DNA of 51,901 bases, counting the filler, from Catajapyx aquilonaris (lineage: Eukaryota): the NCBI GenBank assembly GCA_000934665.2. It is 2 parts of 2 records of this genome, joined end to end, with 100 filler letters (N's around TTAATTAATTAA, not from the genome) between each part and the next. Parts side by side here need not be neighbours in the genome. Positions count along the whole stretch, not along the records: positions 1 to 25,901 come from JYFJ02005289.1; 1 more part is not named here. One strand, given 5' to 3'. Within the stretch, counting starts at the first letter, position 1. Each line of letters opens with the position of its first letter. The notes beneath the pieces were generated by a model, which was given only the letters and a program-made list of their open reading frames with translations, had not been told where the DNA came from and ran no database searches. A program made the position numbers and the translations under genes. Positions 1 through 13,233 of the stretch are shown in pieces.

Positions 1-314
1 TGCAAAATTATTATTAATTACAATTGATGCCTCAGCAGCAACAATAAATTTGTCATTTTTTTGCAGTGTTATGCAGTGGCGTTGAAATTTTACAATGCGG
101 TAGCCTTAGAGACTTATTGTCAAAAAACCAAAATCCACATAGATCTCTGTGTAAGTTGATCAATGTCATACTGTAGTGCCTCACGATTAGGCGTAAGAGA
201 CACCACAAAATAACCCAGGGAAACACACCGGGGAAGAGGTTAAAAACCACCACTGTGGACTACATTCGGGACTACTCGTACAACACATCCGTCCAGGAGG
301 ACAGTAGAACAATA

Positions 315-776
315 GGCGTATTCGGCAATTCAGATTATTCTGAGATGTGTCACGTGATATCTGAGTTGTTAGCCCTGCCCCTCAGAAGATTACTGCCGAA
401 CGGCCGAACTGAGTGACCCCCCTACCCGCCTGTGCTGCATCCCAGTGATATGCCAATGTTCGGGTATTTCGGTGCCGTATTTCGGACGCTTGCGGGTAAT
501 GGTGCGGGTAAAATGAAAATGCGGGTAAAATCGGGTATTTTCAGGTCCTCTCGCGGGGTTTTTGGTCATTTTGCATTGGCAACACTGCTGCATCCATAAC
601 AATAATTTGTTTGTTAATTGTTTCTCAGCAAGTAAGTCAGGTCAGGAGTACACTAAGTTCCTGAGCTTGGGAAGTCAGGTAGGGCGCATGCGCACTTACT
701 TCAGGGGGCGTGGCACCTGATTTGCCGAACATCCAAACAGCCCAGGAAGTCAGATTCCTGAATTTCCGAATACGCC
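315..776. mobile_element. Non-autonomous DNA transposon (MITE), TA-flanked
   Basis: Terminal inverted repeats GGCGTATTCGG(C/A)AATTCAG at 315 and 776, with TA on both sides and no coding capacity. Confidence 0.75.
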
Positions 777-812
777 TATCAACTAACATTTCAAAACATC
801 AACAATAACATC

Positions 813-862
813 AGTGTCCTGGCAACCAGGGCAACAGACAACAACCTGGTAGCCAGGACACT
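813..862. repeat. Short hairpin / miniature inverted-repeat remnant
   Basis: AGTGTCCTGGCAACCAGG (813-830) pairs 17/18 with CCTGGTAGCCAGGACACT (845-862). Confidence 0.6.
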
Positions 863-1997
863 ACAATACTAAGATCGTGCAGAGTAGCAAGCACCGTGGT
901 AGCAAGTAAGACTGTTAGTGTGTGTGTTTTGCAACTTAATCTTGCCTTGTACTACTTCTAGTGCAGGAAGAAATGCAATAGTTTGCCTGTAACGGGGGCA
1001 TTATTGTTTAGGGTGGGATAGGGAAGTGGGAAAAGGGTGAAAAATTCATTTCCAACTTCATACTTGTACCGCCTTGTTTGCTGCTTACTTGTTACACCAT
1101 TGAGGACGGGGTGTCTGGTAGGCACATGGGTTGGATTTCGATTCGTTACCACTTCTACTGTGTTTTGTTTTCAACCTTTTGGAAATTCATTTTCATTTGA
1201 TCCTTCATTTATATTTCTACCTAGTTTATCAAGATTATCCACTACTGCATTTTTAACATCAAAAAGACAGACAACAAAAATGTTCTGCCAGCAAAACTCA
1301 AGTGTTTTTCAACAACCCCTATTACGCTACTGGACACACACCTCATACTGCTAGTTTTCGAACTATGGCACTACTCTAGAGGCCCATGTTGAGCATTTAC
1401 ATGGCCAAGCCTTTTTTCATAATCTTTTGGACACTCCTTAGGCCTTAGGGTCTTGCCTGCTTTAAAAATGTATGGCTTCACAAGAAGAGTCACTCAAAGC
1501 AAGGTCTAGATTATAGTCTGAATGCCCAAAGATGCATCATTTGACCTGTTCAATACTTTGAGTAATACCTGTGTAAGGGCTGCCATGTGCATTCAAGCAC
1601 AGATGTCCATGTGCCAGAGATAGATAGTCAGAGTTTAAATGGTCACTTTTACGCAGCTTCTAAGCAGCCCTGACCATGGTCCAGAGTCCAGACCTTACAC
1701 CAAGTGAACTTCACTTTACTGCCTCATTAAAGCAGTTGACAGGGACATAAGTTGGAAACAAGTGATCAACAGGTGTTTAAAAATCTGGTACCACAACTCG
1801 AAAATGTTCCAACTGAAATGGACCTTTCATGCAGTCGTTATCTAAAGGATCTGTCCTCTGTTGCTTACTTAGTTGATTTTGGGGGAAATTCTTGTCAACA
1901 AATTAATGGCCAGGCAGCACTTACTTTTGCAATACAGCAAGAGAGCCAACAGAAATAGAGTAGAAAAGAATATGAATGCAAATGCATAAGTTCTCAC

Positions 1998-4900
1998 CTC
2001 TTCCTGCAGCAAAAGGTTTCTTATAAGCATCTTGGGAAACACCACTCATTGCCTTCAGGGAGGAAGAAGAAACGGTGGAGCTGTCATCACTTGTCATCAC
2101 CACCCCTGGCTTCCTGTCCATCCCATGTAATATGCGACTCAACAGTTGAGCTGCAAGATACATTGGTGAAAATTTAATGAAAAACCATCCTACTGAAATA
2201 CTTCTGGTCAGCATTCACACACCTCTTCCAACAGGGACAGTGCGTTTGGCAGTTTCTGCAACATCCTTTGCATCTCCAGAAGAATTAGTTGAAGATTCGT
2301 TGCCCCCGCCAAACTCTGCCCCTGGGCAGCATGGCTCTCCTCCACTCTCCAGAAATAGTTCCTTGGTTTCATCTCTATAAATGCAAGATTGGTTGCAGGT
2401 AATTTTAGTACTGTACTGATGTAGCAGAAACCTGATGTACAGCAGTTGGTAGTAAGTATGTAATACCAGAAGAGTTATGTATAGGCTATCAGGCTATTAT
2501 CACATGACGCCATGCCAACTACCTATGTTACAGCAATCCTATAACTACGTAGTTCACAATTCTTAATATTGATGGTAAGCCATCTAATTGGCAATTACTG
2601 ACACGATCAGCAGCTGCATCCGAGTTTCCTTGTGATTCACTTGGGCTCTAATAATATGGCAAAATATCTTTCTTAGTTTGGTGGAATATATTTTTCTTGG
2701 AACAAAGAGAGGTCACAGTTGACCACTAAACAGTCACCTGCAAACTAGTGTGTTCAACAGGAAAATGGCAAAACGAGTTAATGAGAGATACCAAGTACAT
2801 TTGGCTTCATCTATGGACAGTATGATGGTGTAGAAATTAGCACGACAGAATTTCACCTAATAAGGACCTGAGGTCACTCCCCAGGTTGGACAGAGGATTT
2901 CTCACATGGAACGAGTTTCAATGGGGGTTTCATGGGGGGCCCTATGACACTCCTCGAATACAGTAGGGTCATTACTGTGTCTCAGCCAGTGTAAAATTTC
3001 GCGCTGGCGGCGCTACATCGTTCGCAATACCGCCATCTTGTCAAGGTGTACTCAAGCGGTAGGTAGGGGGTGAGTGTGCCGTGGTCTGCCGATTGGCTCG
3101 ATCTCAAAACTTACCACCAGATGCACCTTGACAAGATGGCGGTTTGACGAACAATGTAGCGCCGCCAGCGACAAATTCCCACCTGGCCAAGACCCAGTAA
3201 TTACCCTACGATATCCATATGTTTAGGGGGGAAGTGACAGAGGCCTGGCTCCATGTTTGTACATCCAGACTCATTCTCTCCCTGACATAAATATCTGGTC
3301 CATGACTTTGCCGATTACATCACTGGCTGTCTCTTTGCCTTTACGGTAAAATTTCCTATAAAATTGTTTCAAGTAAAAATTACCGTGGCACCGCGTGACT
3401 CCAAAGGGGCTCACGACACAGGTTGGGAACCCCTGGTCTAGAGTCTCTGTCTTACTCATTCCTTTGTAGATACTACCAGAGCAACAACTATTTCATTCCA
3501 ACATGAGTACAACTACAAGAAACCTTGATCCACATAAATGGTTAAGCTCAACTGCATTCACATCTTACCCTTCCATGACTTCCTCGTCAGTGTACTCAGT
3601 ATCATTCTGAATTTGCTCCATATCCCTGGAGGTGAAGGAACTGTCAGTGGATTCTGTGCAGTTAGTTTTCTGCACATCATCTACGTCCCTGGAGACAATG
3701 GAGCAAGCACTTGTTCCTGGCAAGCTGTCCAACTTAATCTGTTCCTCTTCCAAATCCCAATCTTCATTGGGTGGAGGGATTTCCAGGCCTTCATAATACA
3801 GGCGCCGAACATCACCATGCTCTCCATGTGGTGTCACTTTCTCCTCTAAAATAAAAAAATAAAAAAATCAAATAATGTGAAGTATTTCTTAATTATCCAG
3901 CAGACAACAAGAATTGCAAATGTATCACACCAGCAGACCTTGAAGTGGTTCGAGAGTTTTCTCCGAGGTCAGAAAATCAGGTCTCGTACATTTACGTGTG
4001 AATACCCCCATGTAAATCATAAGGAATCTTGGGTGAATCTCATGTATTTGGTGGAATGTCCTATCCCATGGTGTTTTCTTACAAAAATGGGTGTGCTCTG
4101 TGGTAGCTGTCACATTAGATAAATCCAACTGAACTACAAAATGCAGCAAAAGTTTAGGCCATAAATTTTGACATTCTAAGGCAGGGTGCAAATAGGTGAA
4201 ATTGGAGTGTAACAACTTGGAGCCCCCCAAATTTTTTGCTTGCAAGAAAGAAGTCATCTAATGGGCAGTGTCTTCTGGTGCAAGCACTGTTTGCGTCCCA
4301 GCTGGATGTGCAAGCAACAAGCTATCCCCGAGTTCCCCCATTTGCACCTGGTCTAAAGGTGCATTTACATGAGAAAGATTTGATTGCGCGATGTCATCAC
4401 CAAGCGGTGCATTGCGGAGTAACCCAAGTAACCAGTATTGTTTGAGGGGAAAATCGATTGTTACTTTCACCTCAAACAATATTGGTTACTCAGGTTACTC
4501 AGCAATGCACCTCTCGGCGATGACATTACGCGATCAAATCGCTCACATGTAAATGCACCTTACAGCTAAACTTTATTGCCTCTTGGCAAAAATGGTCACA
4601 AAATGAATTATTCTTGCCCCCAATTTCTCTCAGCTTGGGAGACCTCAAACTTCAACCCAAATATTAGTGCAAAAGGACTGCTGTAATTTACTCTCATGAA
4701 CTGCAGTTATTATGAAAAGACTCCTGTTGCCGGGTAGCCAAGGCATAGCCACTTTCTCCTAGTCTCAAGATCCATCAAGACTGAGGTATAAAAACTTCCT
4801 TCAGGTACTCTGATATTTCAGAGATGATATCCTAAGCAACCACATGCCCATCAAGAGCGGACCTATCCCATTATAGCCCGTTAAATTGCACATGAAGGTG

Positions 4901-5383
4901 AACCAGTAAATGTACAGATCCTGTGCAGCATCGTCCTCGTTTCAATCCAGTCCTGCAATTTATTCCCACCATCAAAGCTATCGGGAGGAACTGAGATTAG
5001 GAAAGTAATCATACACCCACTTTTCTGAACTTGAGAGTCAGCCATGCATGCAAAACTGCGGGTAAAACATACGCAAGTATCTCTCCAACTCAAGCGTGGT
5101 GCGTTGCGCACAGGTGCGCAGATGCTCCGGAAATGCTGCCACTCGTACCACATGGACTGCATTGAAAGGGCAGATCTTCCAGTCTTTTTCTGGGAAATTC
5201 TGGAAAACATATTGCAAGATGTTGAATGTGTATAAGGTGCAAATAATGCAGGAGGGAAACCCCGACTCCCGTAAAGCCCTTTTGGCTGGCACCTACCTTC
5301 CTACACTTGACCAGATGGTACTGCGCCCTCTCTGCCTTCATCACATGAGATGGGTTGTAGGGGCACACAAACTCTTTGGGCAT
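1998..5383 (-). CDS. GTSF1: Gametocyte-specific factor 1 / Asterix-like protein (two U11-48K CHHC zinc fingers); last exon unresolved
   Basis: Exons 5383-5297, 5199-5073, 3845-3569, 2374-2223 and 2150-1998, all GT-AG and phase-consistent. Encodes CPYNPSH-x9-HLVKC and CPFNAVH-x9-HLRTC fingers, then an acidic region containing EIPPPNEDWD. The stop-containing exon was not confidently located. Confidence 0.85.
2966..3206. mobile_element. Foldback-type MITE in GTSF1 intron 3
   Basis: About 90-bp imperfect inverted arms (GCTGGCGGCGCTACAT..CCGCCATCTTGTCAAGGTG / CACCTTGACAAGATGGCGG..ATGTAGCGCCGCCAGC); ends TA-GGG...CCC-TA. Confidence 0.8.
4357..4560. mobile_element. Palindromic MITE (PIF/Harbinger-like ends) in GTSF1 intron 2
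   Basis: AGGTGCATTTACATG...CATGTAAATGCACCT with about 90-bp inverted arms and TA-rich flanks. Confidence 0.8.
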
Positions 5384-6205
5384 GTTGACCAGGCTGTAGT
5401 GTGACTAGGGCACCTTGGACTAGGGCTTCAAGCACGTGGTCCTCCACAGGCAAGGAGTGAACCCAGATGGCACTTCCCAATTCAGTCTACACCGTGGCTA
5501 AACACGTGGTTGATTGGTCCCGGTGAAGCTCTGGCTGCCTGGAACGGAGATAAGCGGAAGAGGAGGCAGCTTGGTCCGAGGCACAAAGAAGTTGCTGGGA
5601 CAAGGCGACAACCGACAATCTGGGCGGGGGTACGCTACAATGTCCCATCTGGTCCGCAGGGTCCGCAACCCGCAAGCACGTGACGTATTGCTTGGGTGGG
5701 AGGGGGAGCGGGTAGGCTGCTGGCTGAGGAACAGTTACAAAAATCACTGCTTTCATAATGACGCTTTCCGCTCATTTCGGTCCGGAGTTTTTGAAATGCA
5801 CGTTGCCCTCTCAGTGATCTCAGGCAATGCCACTTCCGCACTGCAGGAGACGACACTACTGATCATTGGGAAATAGAGAGAAAGAGAGAGTGACCTTGAG
5901 AGAGACGCGATGGAGGGAGAGCAGTCGCGGTTTGGCTCTCTCGGTGGGTGGGTGGGAAATCACGTAGCGGTTCATCTGGGCGATGGCGGTAGTCGACTGT
6001 TGTTGGAATCGATGGAGTGGAGTCGGGCCTACGTCGTCGTCGTTGCTCTGAGCGGACAACGTCGCTGAAGACAGGGCTGCATCGTGCTTGCGAGAGTGTG
6101 GCGAGACTTATCTTCGCAGTGATACGCAGGGCCTGCCTGACTGGCCCATTTGTGACCTTCCTGAAAGGTGCCGTCGCGTCGGGTATATAAGCCGCCTTTT
6201 GAAAG
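5384..6205. promoter_or_regulatory. Divergent GC-rich promoter/5' UTR region between GTSF1-like and PRPF6
   Basis: Head-to-head ATGs at 5383 (-) and 6206 (+); the interval is CpG-rich relative to flanking introns. Confidence 0.6.
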
Positions 6206-9200
6206 ATGGCTGTTCCTCCGGCTGCCTTGGTCAACAGGAACAAGAAGCACTTCATCGGCGTGCCTGCTCCTCTCGGATATGTCGCCGGAGTGGGGCGAGG
6301 GTGAGTCTGCAGTCGGGGTGAAAGGGGGAGGTCAACTGGAGGCCTACACTGGTGGCCTCTCTGCCAGTGTTTGCCAGAATAAAGGCATCCTGTAATAACC
6401 CACCATTCCCATGCAGAGAGCTTCCTTCATGCCATGCCAAGACCTGACCACATACTTGAAAACAACCCAAGGGTTCTACGGCCATATAATAGCCTCATTT
6501 TCTAGTGGACGTTGATCATTGCACTATCACAATACAATACAATAATACACTATTGCAAATGCCCAACTGTCATGTGAAACAAAGCGATAGCGTGACCCAG
6601 TGCGACCCGAGCCTAAAGCTTAAAGACAGCAAAAGTTGAACCTCTCACTGGTCACCACTTCGCATTTGAATATTGCCTGGCATGAAATTCACTGTAGAAC
6701 CTAATGAATAATAAGAAATGTGATATAATTGGGATATTAATGCTGTCGCGGCAAAAATAAAATGGTGCATTTTCTTTCTATTTTAGTGCCACTGGATTTA
6801 CCACTCGATCTGACATTGGTCCAGCACGGGATGCCAATGACGTGTCGTAAGTAACATATTATCATGCGGCAAATATTTCCATTGAGATTTGATATTTGAT
6901 ATATTGTAGTTGTAAATTAATTTATTTTGTGTAGGGATGACCGTCATGCACCTCCTAGCAAGAGGAAGAAGATGCAGATGAAGGAAGAGGAGGAAGATGA
7001 TGATGAGGATTTGAACGATTCCAACTATGATGAGTTTTCAGGCTATGGGGGCTCACTGTTCAGCAAGGATCCTTATGATAAGGATGATGAAGAAGCTGAT
7101 CAAATTTATGAAGCAATTGACAAGAGAATGGATGAAAAGCGAAAAGAGTATCGTGAGAAGCGACTCAAAGGTATGGAGTTGTTGAAGGTGACGTTTTTTA
7201 CATTTGTGTGCACTGAATATGTTGAATAGGTCACAATTATACATGAGACCAGGACAACTTATGCTCAAAGTTACATGTTAAATACAAGGACTGTCCAAAA
7301 AGTATCAGAACTTTATTTTTTTCGCTGAAACGCATGAGGCGCAGGAGATGTCCTCTGGTGGGTAGGTGGAAGTACCTTCATGAGTATTCGTGAATTTTTT
7401 GGTGCCCCCAGAGAGAGTCAGTCGCTGGGAATCAGCCTGTGACTGATCGAGGGTACTAGGCCCCCGGCGGATTTTTTTGTTTTCCGTGAAAATGAAGGAA
7501 CCACTTGAATGGAGGTGTTGCGTCAAATTTTGCATTCATGCCTGGCAATAACCAAATGAAAATCTTTTAGAAGATTCTGCAGGCTATTGGCGATGATGAC
7601 AGGGGCATCACACGTATTAAGCAGAGGCAAGACCGTTTCAATGGCGGAATGTCGATGGAGAGCGGCTCACTTTCCGACAGGCCTTCAACAATCCGTAATG
7701 ACAAATTTATTGACCAAGTGCTGACTAAGGTGGGGATAAGCACTGTTAGGTTGCATTTCACTACGAGTGAGGATTTGACCTTGCGGAGAATGCCTGTGAA
7801 GTTCGTGCAGAAGCTTCTGACCGCTGGAGCAGAAACAACTCCGTCTGGAAGTCTCGCAGGACATGCTGGACTCCCGAAATGGTGACCCCGATTTCCTGAA
7901 CACAGTGATTACTGGTGAAGAGTAGTGGGGGTCATACTGCTGTTCAAGCCGTTCTGTCATTTTGGCGGAAAACAACAATCCGACAGGGGCCTAGTACCCT
8001 TGGTCACTTAAAGGCTGACAGCCAGCGACTGATTCTCTCTGGGGCGGGAAAAAATTCACCAATACTCCTCAAAATACTCCACACCTACCCACCATAGGAC
8101 ACCTCCCATGCTTCATTTGTTTCTGCAGGAAAGAAAATGTCATATACTTTTTGGACAGCCTTCGTACATCACATGAATGTACTTCCATCTTATCTTTATG
8201 GCAACAATCCAATGGCTGAAGCATGCTGGGCATCTCGGACACGGATTGTTTTTTTGTTGTTGTTTTTTTGCATCAAGCACTTCGTGTACAAGTTTGCGTC
8301 ACATGTGTACTTTCAATGTCTCCCCAAACTTCATCTACCTGGCAACATCTGTCTCACTTGCACGGAGCAAATATTAAGAATGAGTCAATTGACAAGCTTA
8401 AATGCAGCAAAGCTAAAGCATATGCAAGTTTCCTTTGATGAGCCATAATTTTCACAGTTCCATAAAAGGCTCATATCTGGAAATTCATTCAGTGGGCACT
8501 AATATTAGCATTTCTTTGCAGTTGAATTGGAGCGATATCGCCAAGAGCGCCCAAAGATCCAGCAGCAGTTCAGTGACTTGAAGAGAGATCTGGCCTCTGT
8601 GTCTGAAGATGAGTGGAAGAACATTCCTGAAGTTGGTGATGCCCGAAACCGTAAACAGAGGAATCCACGTGCCGAAAAGTAAGTCAGCGTTGTGAAGCAT
8701 GTTTCTCCTGTAATCACCTTTAATGAAAATGCCTTCTCTTAATATTCTAGGTTCACACCACTTCCTGACTCAGTCATTGCACGCAACCTTGGTGGGGAGA
8801 CAATGACTAGCATTGATCCGTCAAGTGGCATGGCCAGTGCCATTCCCAGTGGAAGTGTCCCTCCTGCCGGGATAGCCACTCCAGGCATGCTGACCCCAAC
8901 TGGTGACCTTGACTTACGCAAGATTGGGCAGGCACGTAGTACCCTCATGACCGTCAAGCTGAGCCAGGTGTCTGATTCAGTTGCTGGTCAGACTGTGGTT
9001 GATCCCAAGGGATATCTCACCGATTTGCAAAGCATGATCCCAACCTATGGCGGAGACATTAATGACATAAAGAAGGCCCGTCTGCTACTCAAGTCAGTGC
9101 GTGAGACAAATCCAAACCATCCACCTGCATGGATTGCATCAGCTCGTTTGGAAGAAGTCACTGGAAAGTTGCAAGCAGCACGTAATTTGATAATGAAAGG

Positions 9201-12200
9201 GTGTGAGGTTAATCCCAAATCAGAGGATTTGTGGCTTGAAGCAGCAAGGCTGCAGCCCGCAGATTCAGCACGCGCTGTAATTGCACAAGCAGTGCATCAT
9301 ATTCCATCATCTGTTCGTGTTTGGATCAAAGCAGCTGAACTAGAAGTTGAGGCAAAAGCAAAGCGTAAGGTGTATCGTAAAGCACTGGAGCACATACCAA
9401 ACTCTGTGCGATTGTGGAAAGCCGCCGTTGAATTGGAGGAACCTGAAGATGCACGTATTTTGCTGTCACGTGCAGTTGAATGCTGCCCAACCAGTGTTGA
9501 GTTATGGCTGGCCCTGGCAAGGCTTGAAACCTATGAAAATGCACGCCGTGTATTAAACAAGGCCCGTGAGAACATACCTACTGATCGCCAAATATGGATA
9601 ACTGCAGCCAAGTTGGAGGAAGCAAATGATAATGCTCACATGGTTGACCGAATTGTTGAGCGAGCTCTCACTTCATTGAGCTCCAATGGTGTTGAAATCA
9701 ACCGTGAACAGTGGTTCAAGGATGCCATTGAAGCTGAGAAGGCTGACTCCGTCCTCACATGCCAGGCAATTATCAAGGGCATAATTGGCTATGGAACTGA
9801 AGAAGAGGATCGCAAACACACATGGATGGAGGATGCTGAAGCATGTGCTTCTCAGGGTGCATATGAATGCACTCGTGCTGTGTATGCACATGCACTGGGT
9901 GTGTTTCAGCACAAGAAATCAATCTGGTTGAGAGCAGCATATTTTGAGAAGAATCATGGCACACGTGAGAGTCTTGAGGCTTTACTGCAGAGGGCAGTAG
10001 CACATTGTCCAAAGGCAGAGGTACTTTGGTTGATGGGTGCAAAGAGCAAGTGGATGGCAGGTGATGTACCTGCAGCCAGGAGCATCCTCTCACTGGCTTT
10101 CCAGGCCAATCCAAACTCAGAAGAGATTTGGTTGGCAGCTGTGAAACTTGAGTCAGAGAACAGTGAATATGAACGTGCCAGGAAACTTCTGGCAAAGGCA
10201 AGGGCAAGTGCACCAACACCCCGGGTAATGATGAAGTCAGCCCGCCTAGAATGGGCCCTTGAGGATCTGAACAAGGCACTGGAACTTTTGGCTGAGGCCA
10301 TCCAAGTGTTTCCAGACTTCCCCAAACTGTGGATGATGAAGGGTCAAATTGAGGAGCAGAGACAACATGTAGAGCCAGCTAGGGACACCTACAACCAGGG
10401 GGTGAGTCTCGTTGGATTGTTTTGTAGCATAAGAGAAAGAACTTAGGAGCCAAGCTCATTCAAGATTTGAAGACGCCACTTGCCAAAGGGCCGAGTCGAC
10501 CAGGTGAAATTTTTCAGGAGAGACTAAAAACTGCACATATGCGTAATTGCTCCATTCAGAGTTTTGCGGTTTATGATGCTAATATGGCACCATTATACAC
10601 ACCTGGTGGCATAAACATCATCTACTAGAAAGCAATAGGTCAGAGTCTATTGTAGGTCGAAATCAGTGGACTTGGGCCTTTTGGCAAGTGAACGCCAGCA
10701 CCAACATTTCATGCTGCAAATTCAGTGGTATAGTCATGCCTGTCCATCTGAACACGTCATATTCATAAAGTAGTACTACAAAGAAAGGTGTGACCAGTTT
10801 TGTTTCCATCCTATGTTAATTATTATTAACATCAATCAGAATCAAATTTACATCCAGTCAGTTGCCAATGGGCCCAAGTCCAGTTGTAGGCAATTGACTG
10901 CAAATGATCACATTCAATTTTAAGGCACTTCTGATTGACATTGGCCCTTCATCTTCATCAGAGCTGTGAGGCCCGACTCCAAGAGTAGGAATCCGCAATA
11001 AAAATGTTTTTCGAAATTTTGGGACTTCGGCCCTTTGGCAAGTGACATCTTCAATATTATGCCTGACTGGATGATTTTTGGTAAAGTTTCAGCGCATGAG
11101 AGCTGTTTGTACAAAAATGGCTTAAACAAAGTGTTATGTACAGTACAACCAAGCATTATTGTGACACATGTCAAACTTATTTTTTGACCAATGCCATCAA
11201 GTGAAATAAATTGTCACCTTCATTCCCTGTAGATAAAGCGATGCCCTACTTCTATCCCATTGTGGCGCCTCCTGGCTACCCTTGAGGAGCGCCAGGGCAA
11301 CTTGACCAAGTCACGTTCAGTATTGGAGAAGGCCCGACTGCGAAACCCACAGAATCCAGAATTATGGCTGGAAGCTGTACGGGTTGAGCACCGTGCAGGA
11401 TTACGGGAGATAACCAACACTTTGATGGCCAAGGCCTTGCAGGAGTGCTCCTCTGCAGGGATCCTTTGGGCTGAAGCCATCTTCCTGGAGCAACGTCCAC
11501 AGCGAAAGACCAAGAGTGTGGATGCACTCAAGAAATGCGAGCATGACCCAAATGTACTGCTGGCAGTGTCAAAGCTATTTTGGGCGGAAAGAAAGATACA
11601 AAAGTGCCGGGAGTGGTTCAACAGAGCCGTTAAGATTGAGCCCGACCTAGGGGATTCCTGGGCGTATTTCTACAAGTTTGAGGCTGTGCAGGGGACGCAG
11701 GTAAAACATTTCAGACATTAACAATACATGACAAGGAGTTTCAATTTAGAGCAGGGCTATTCAACTGGCGGACTGCGATGATATACAGGGTAATTTGAAA
11801 TATCATTAAGAATTACTAATTCATGATTTTTTTGGAAAAAGTGCTACAAATTTTATCAAATACACACCCATTCAAATCTCCCACATTCACCAAAGCTTGA
11901 GCGACCTTGATCCACCCCCCCCCCCCCTCCCTCCTCTCTCTGGCTTGTTCACCTTGTGCTTATGTAATGGGCCCCCACCAAAAAAAAATGCCTATGCACC
12001 TGTCCTGTCTTATTAGGCACTTCTTGTTTTAAATACCCTTGTTGCACATGTTTCTATTTTCAAAAATTCCCCATTAATATTATCAGCTGGAATTGTCTCC
12101 CAACAAGATAATGTATTGACACTACTCCAATCATTTGTTGAGGAGGAGGATTTGTTGGAGTGAGTTAAGAAGGATCTTATTAGTGTACTCCAAGGGTAGG

Positions 12201-12771
12201 TGGGAGGGGATGTGCGAAGTGCATGTGCGCTGTCGTTAATTGGTCATTTTGTGAACTCCCCCGGGTGGCTTAGTCTGTCGGAAATTTCCACCCGAAATGA
12301 AGCCAGAGATGGCCCAACTCTGCATGGATAAAGGTGGGAACCCCGGGTGGGGATTGAACCCGGGACCTTCATATCCGTGGGCGCACACATTACCGCGACG
12401 CCACTTCATCTCCCGTTGGCATACAGAATTAGACACTTTGCAAAACCATTCACTGAATTTAGCATGGAGTGTCAATCAGATACTCTGACGTCCAAAATGA
12501 GATATTCACAGGGTCCGCAGATAATGAAAGGTGCTGAAAATTGGTTTCCTTTGTCTTGAGGTAATTCCTGGTAAATTTTTATAATGGCATTAACAAGGTC
12601 TTTCGTTTCCACTTACAGGAGACCCAGGAGGAGGTGCGTCGTCGTTGTATGGTTGCAGAACCTCACCATGGAGAGAACTGGTGCAGAGTGGCTAAGGACA
12701 TTGGCAACTGGCGCATGAAAACAGAAGACATTCTTCTCAGAGTTGCATCTGAACTTCCCATCCCAACTTAA
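6206..12771 (+). CDS. PRPF6: Pre-mRNA processing factor 6 (U5-102K, HAT/TPR repeats), 939 aa
   Basis: Exons 6206-6300, 6787-6846, 6935-7170, 8522-8678, 8751-10401, 11233-11700 and 12619-12771 total 2820 nt in frame. Hallmark motifs: [67 protein letters not shown] and EPHHGENW. Confidence 0.97.
7285..8164 (+). mobile_element. Internally deleted, decayed mariner-like element with ~200-bp TIRs in PRPF6 intron 3
   Basis: TA flanks; ends C(A/G)A(G/A)G(A/G)CTGTCCAAAAAGTAT. Inverted similarity runs 7285-7486 vs 7966-8164. Interior has frameshifted transposase remnants ([17 protein letters not shown] resembling the WVPHEL linker, FLNTVITG resembling the first catalytic-D motif). Confidence 0.85.
10469..11052. 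mobile_element. Non-autonomous DNA transposon in PRPF6 intron 5
   Basis: 26-bp TIR GAAGA(C/T)G(C/T)CACTTGCCAAAGGGCCGA, with internal TIR-like copies near 10670-10690 and 10860-10881. Confidence 0.7.
12190..12410 (-). mobile_element. tRNA-derived SINE (family A) in PRPF6 intron 6
   Basis: Minus-strand A-box (TGGCGTCGCGG) and B-box (GGTTCAATCC). The body (CATTTTGTGAACTCCCCCGGGTGG...CCACCCGA) is shared with the 17.8-17.9 kb copy. Confidence 0.7.
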
Positions 12772-12841
12772 ATCCCTTCATAAAGGAGGAAAGAAAATTC
12801 CCAATATAAATCCTTGCAATTATCCATTGATGTCAACCACC

Positions 12842-12847
12842 AATAAA
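12842..12847 (+). terminator. Candidate polyadenylation signal of PRPF6
   Basis: AATAAA about 70 bp after the stop codon. Confidence 0.5.
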
Positions 12848-13233
12848 TTTTCCTTGTTCTATTGCATTTTATGTACACGATTACTTACAAATTACTTACA
12901 TGGCAACCTCAGAAACAAACAAGCTGTCAATCTACAGGGTAGTCAGCACAATTCAACATGGTCTGGGCTTCTTGTATCCTCTGAGGTTAGTAGATAGGAA
13001 CATTTCCCAGCAGACCCTCTTTTTTTTTTGTCAGTTTCCCACATGAGTATTGACACACCAACTGGCACTTGGATTGCGATTTTTGTCCATGCCAGCAAAT
13101 ACTACTTGGAGACTACTCTAACCATTCTTTCCTCTGTGCATTAGAAGTGATGTGCTCTCCTGCCTTCTTCTGCAATATATACTGTAGGTCACAATGAGGG
13201 TGGTCTTTGTTTGTCAACAAATATTCAGGTACC

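Noticed and set aside
868..1924. Candidate final GTSF1 exons (acceptors near 1924 and 957)
   Set aside because: Several phase-1 acceptors are possible and none can be preferred from sequence alone.
5487..6485. Cluster of overlapping short ORFs between GTSF1-like and PRPF6
   Set aside because: Expected in GC-rich promoter/UTR sequence; no recognisable domain.
9326..11621. Antisense and alternative-frame ORFs over PRPF6 (and similarly over DLAT)
   Set aside because: Shadow ORFs of real coding exons with no independent features.
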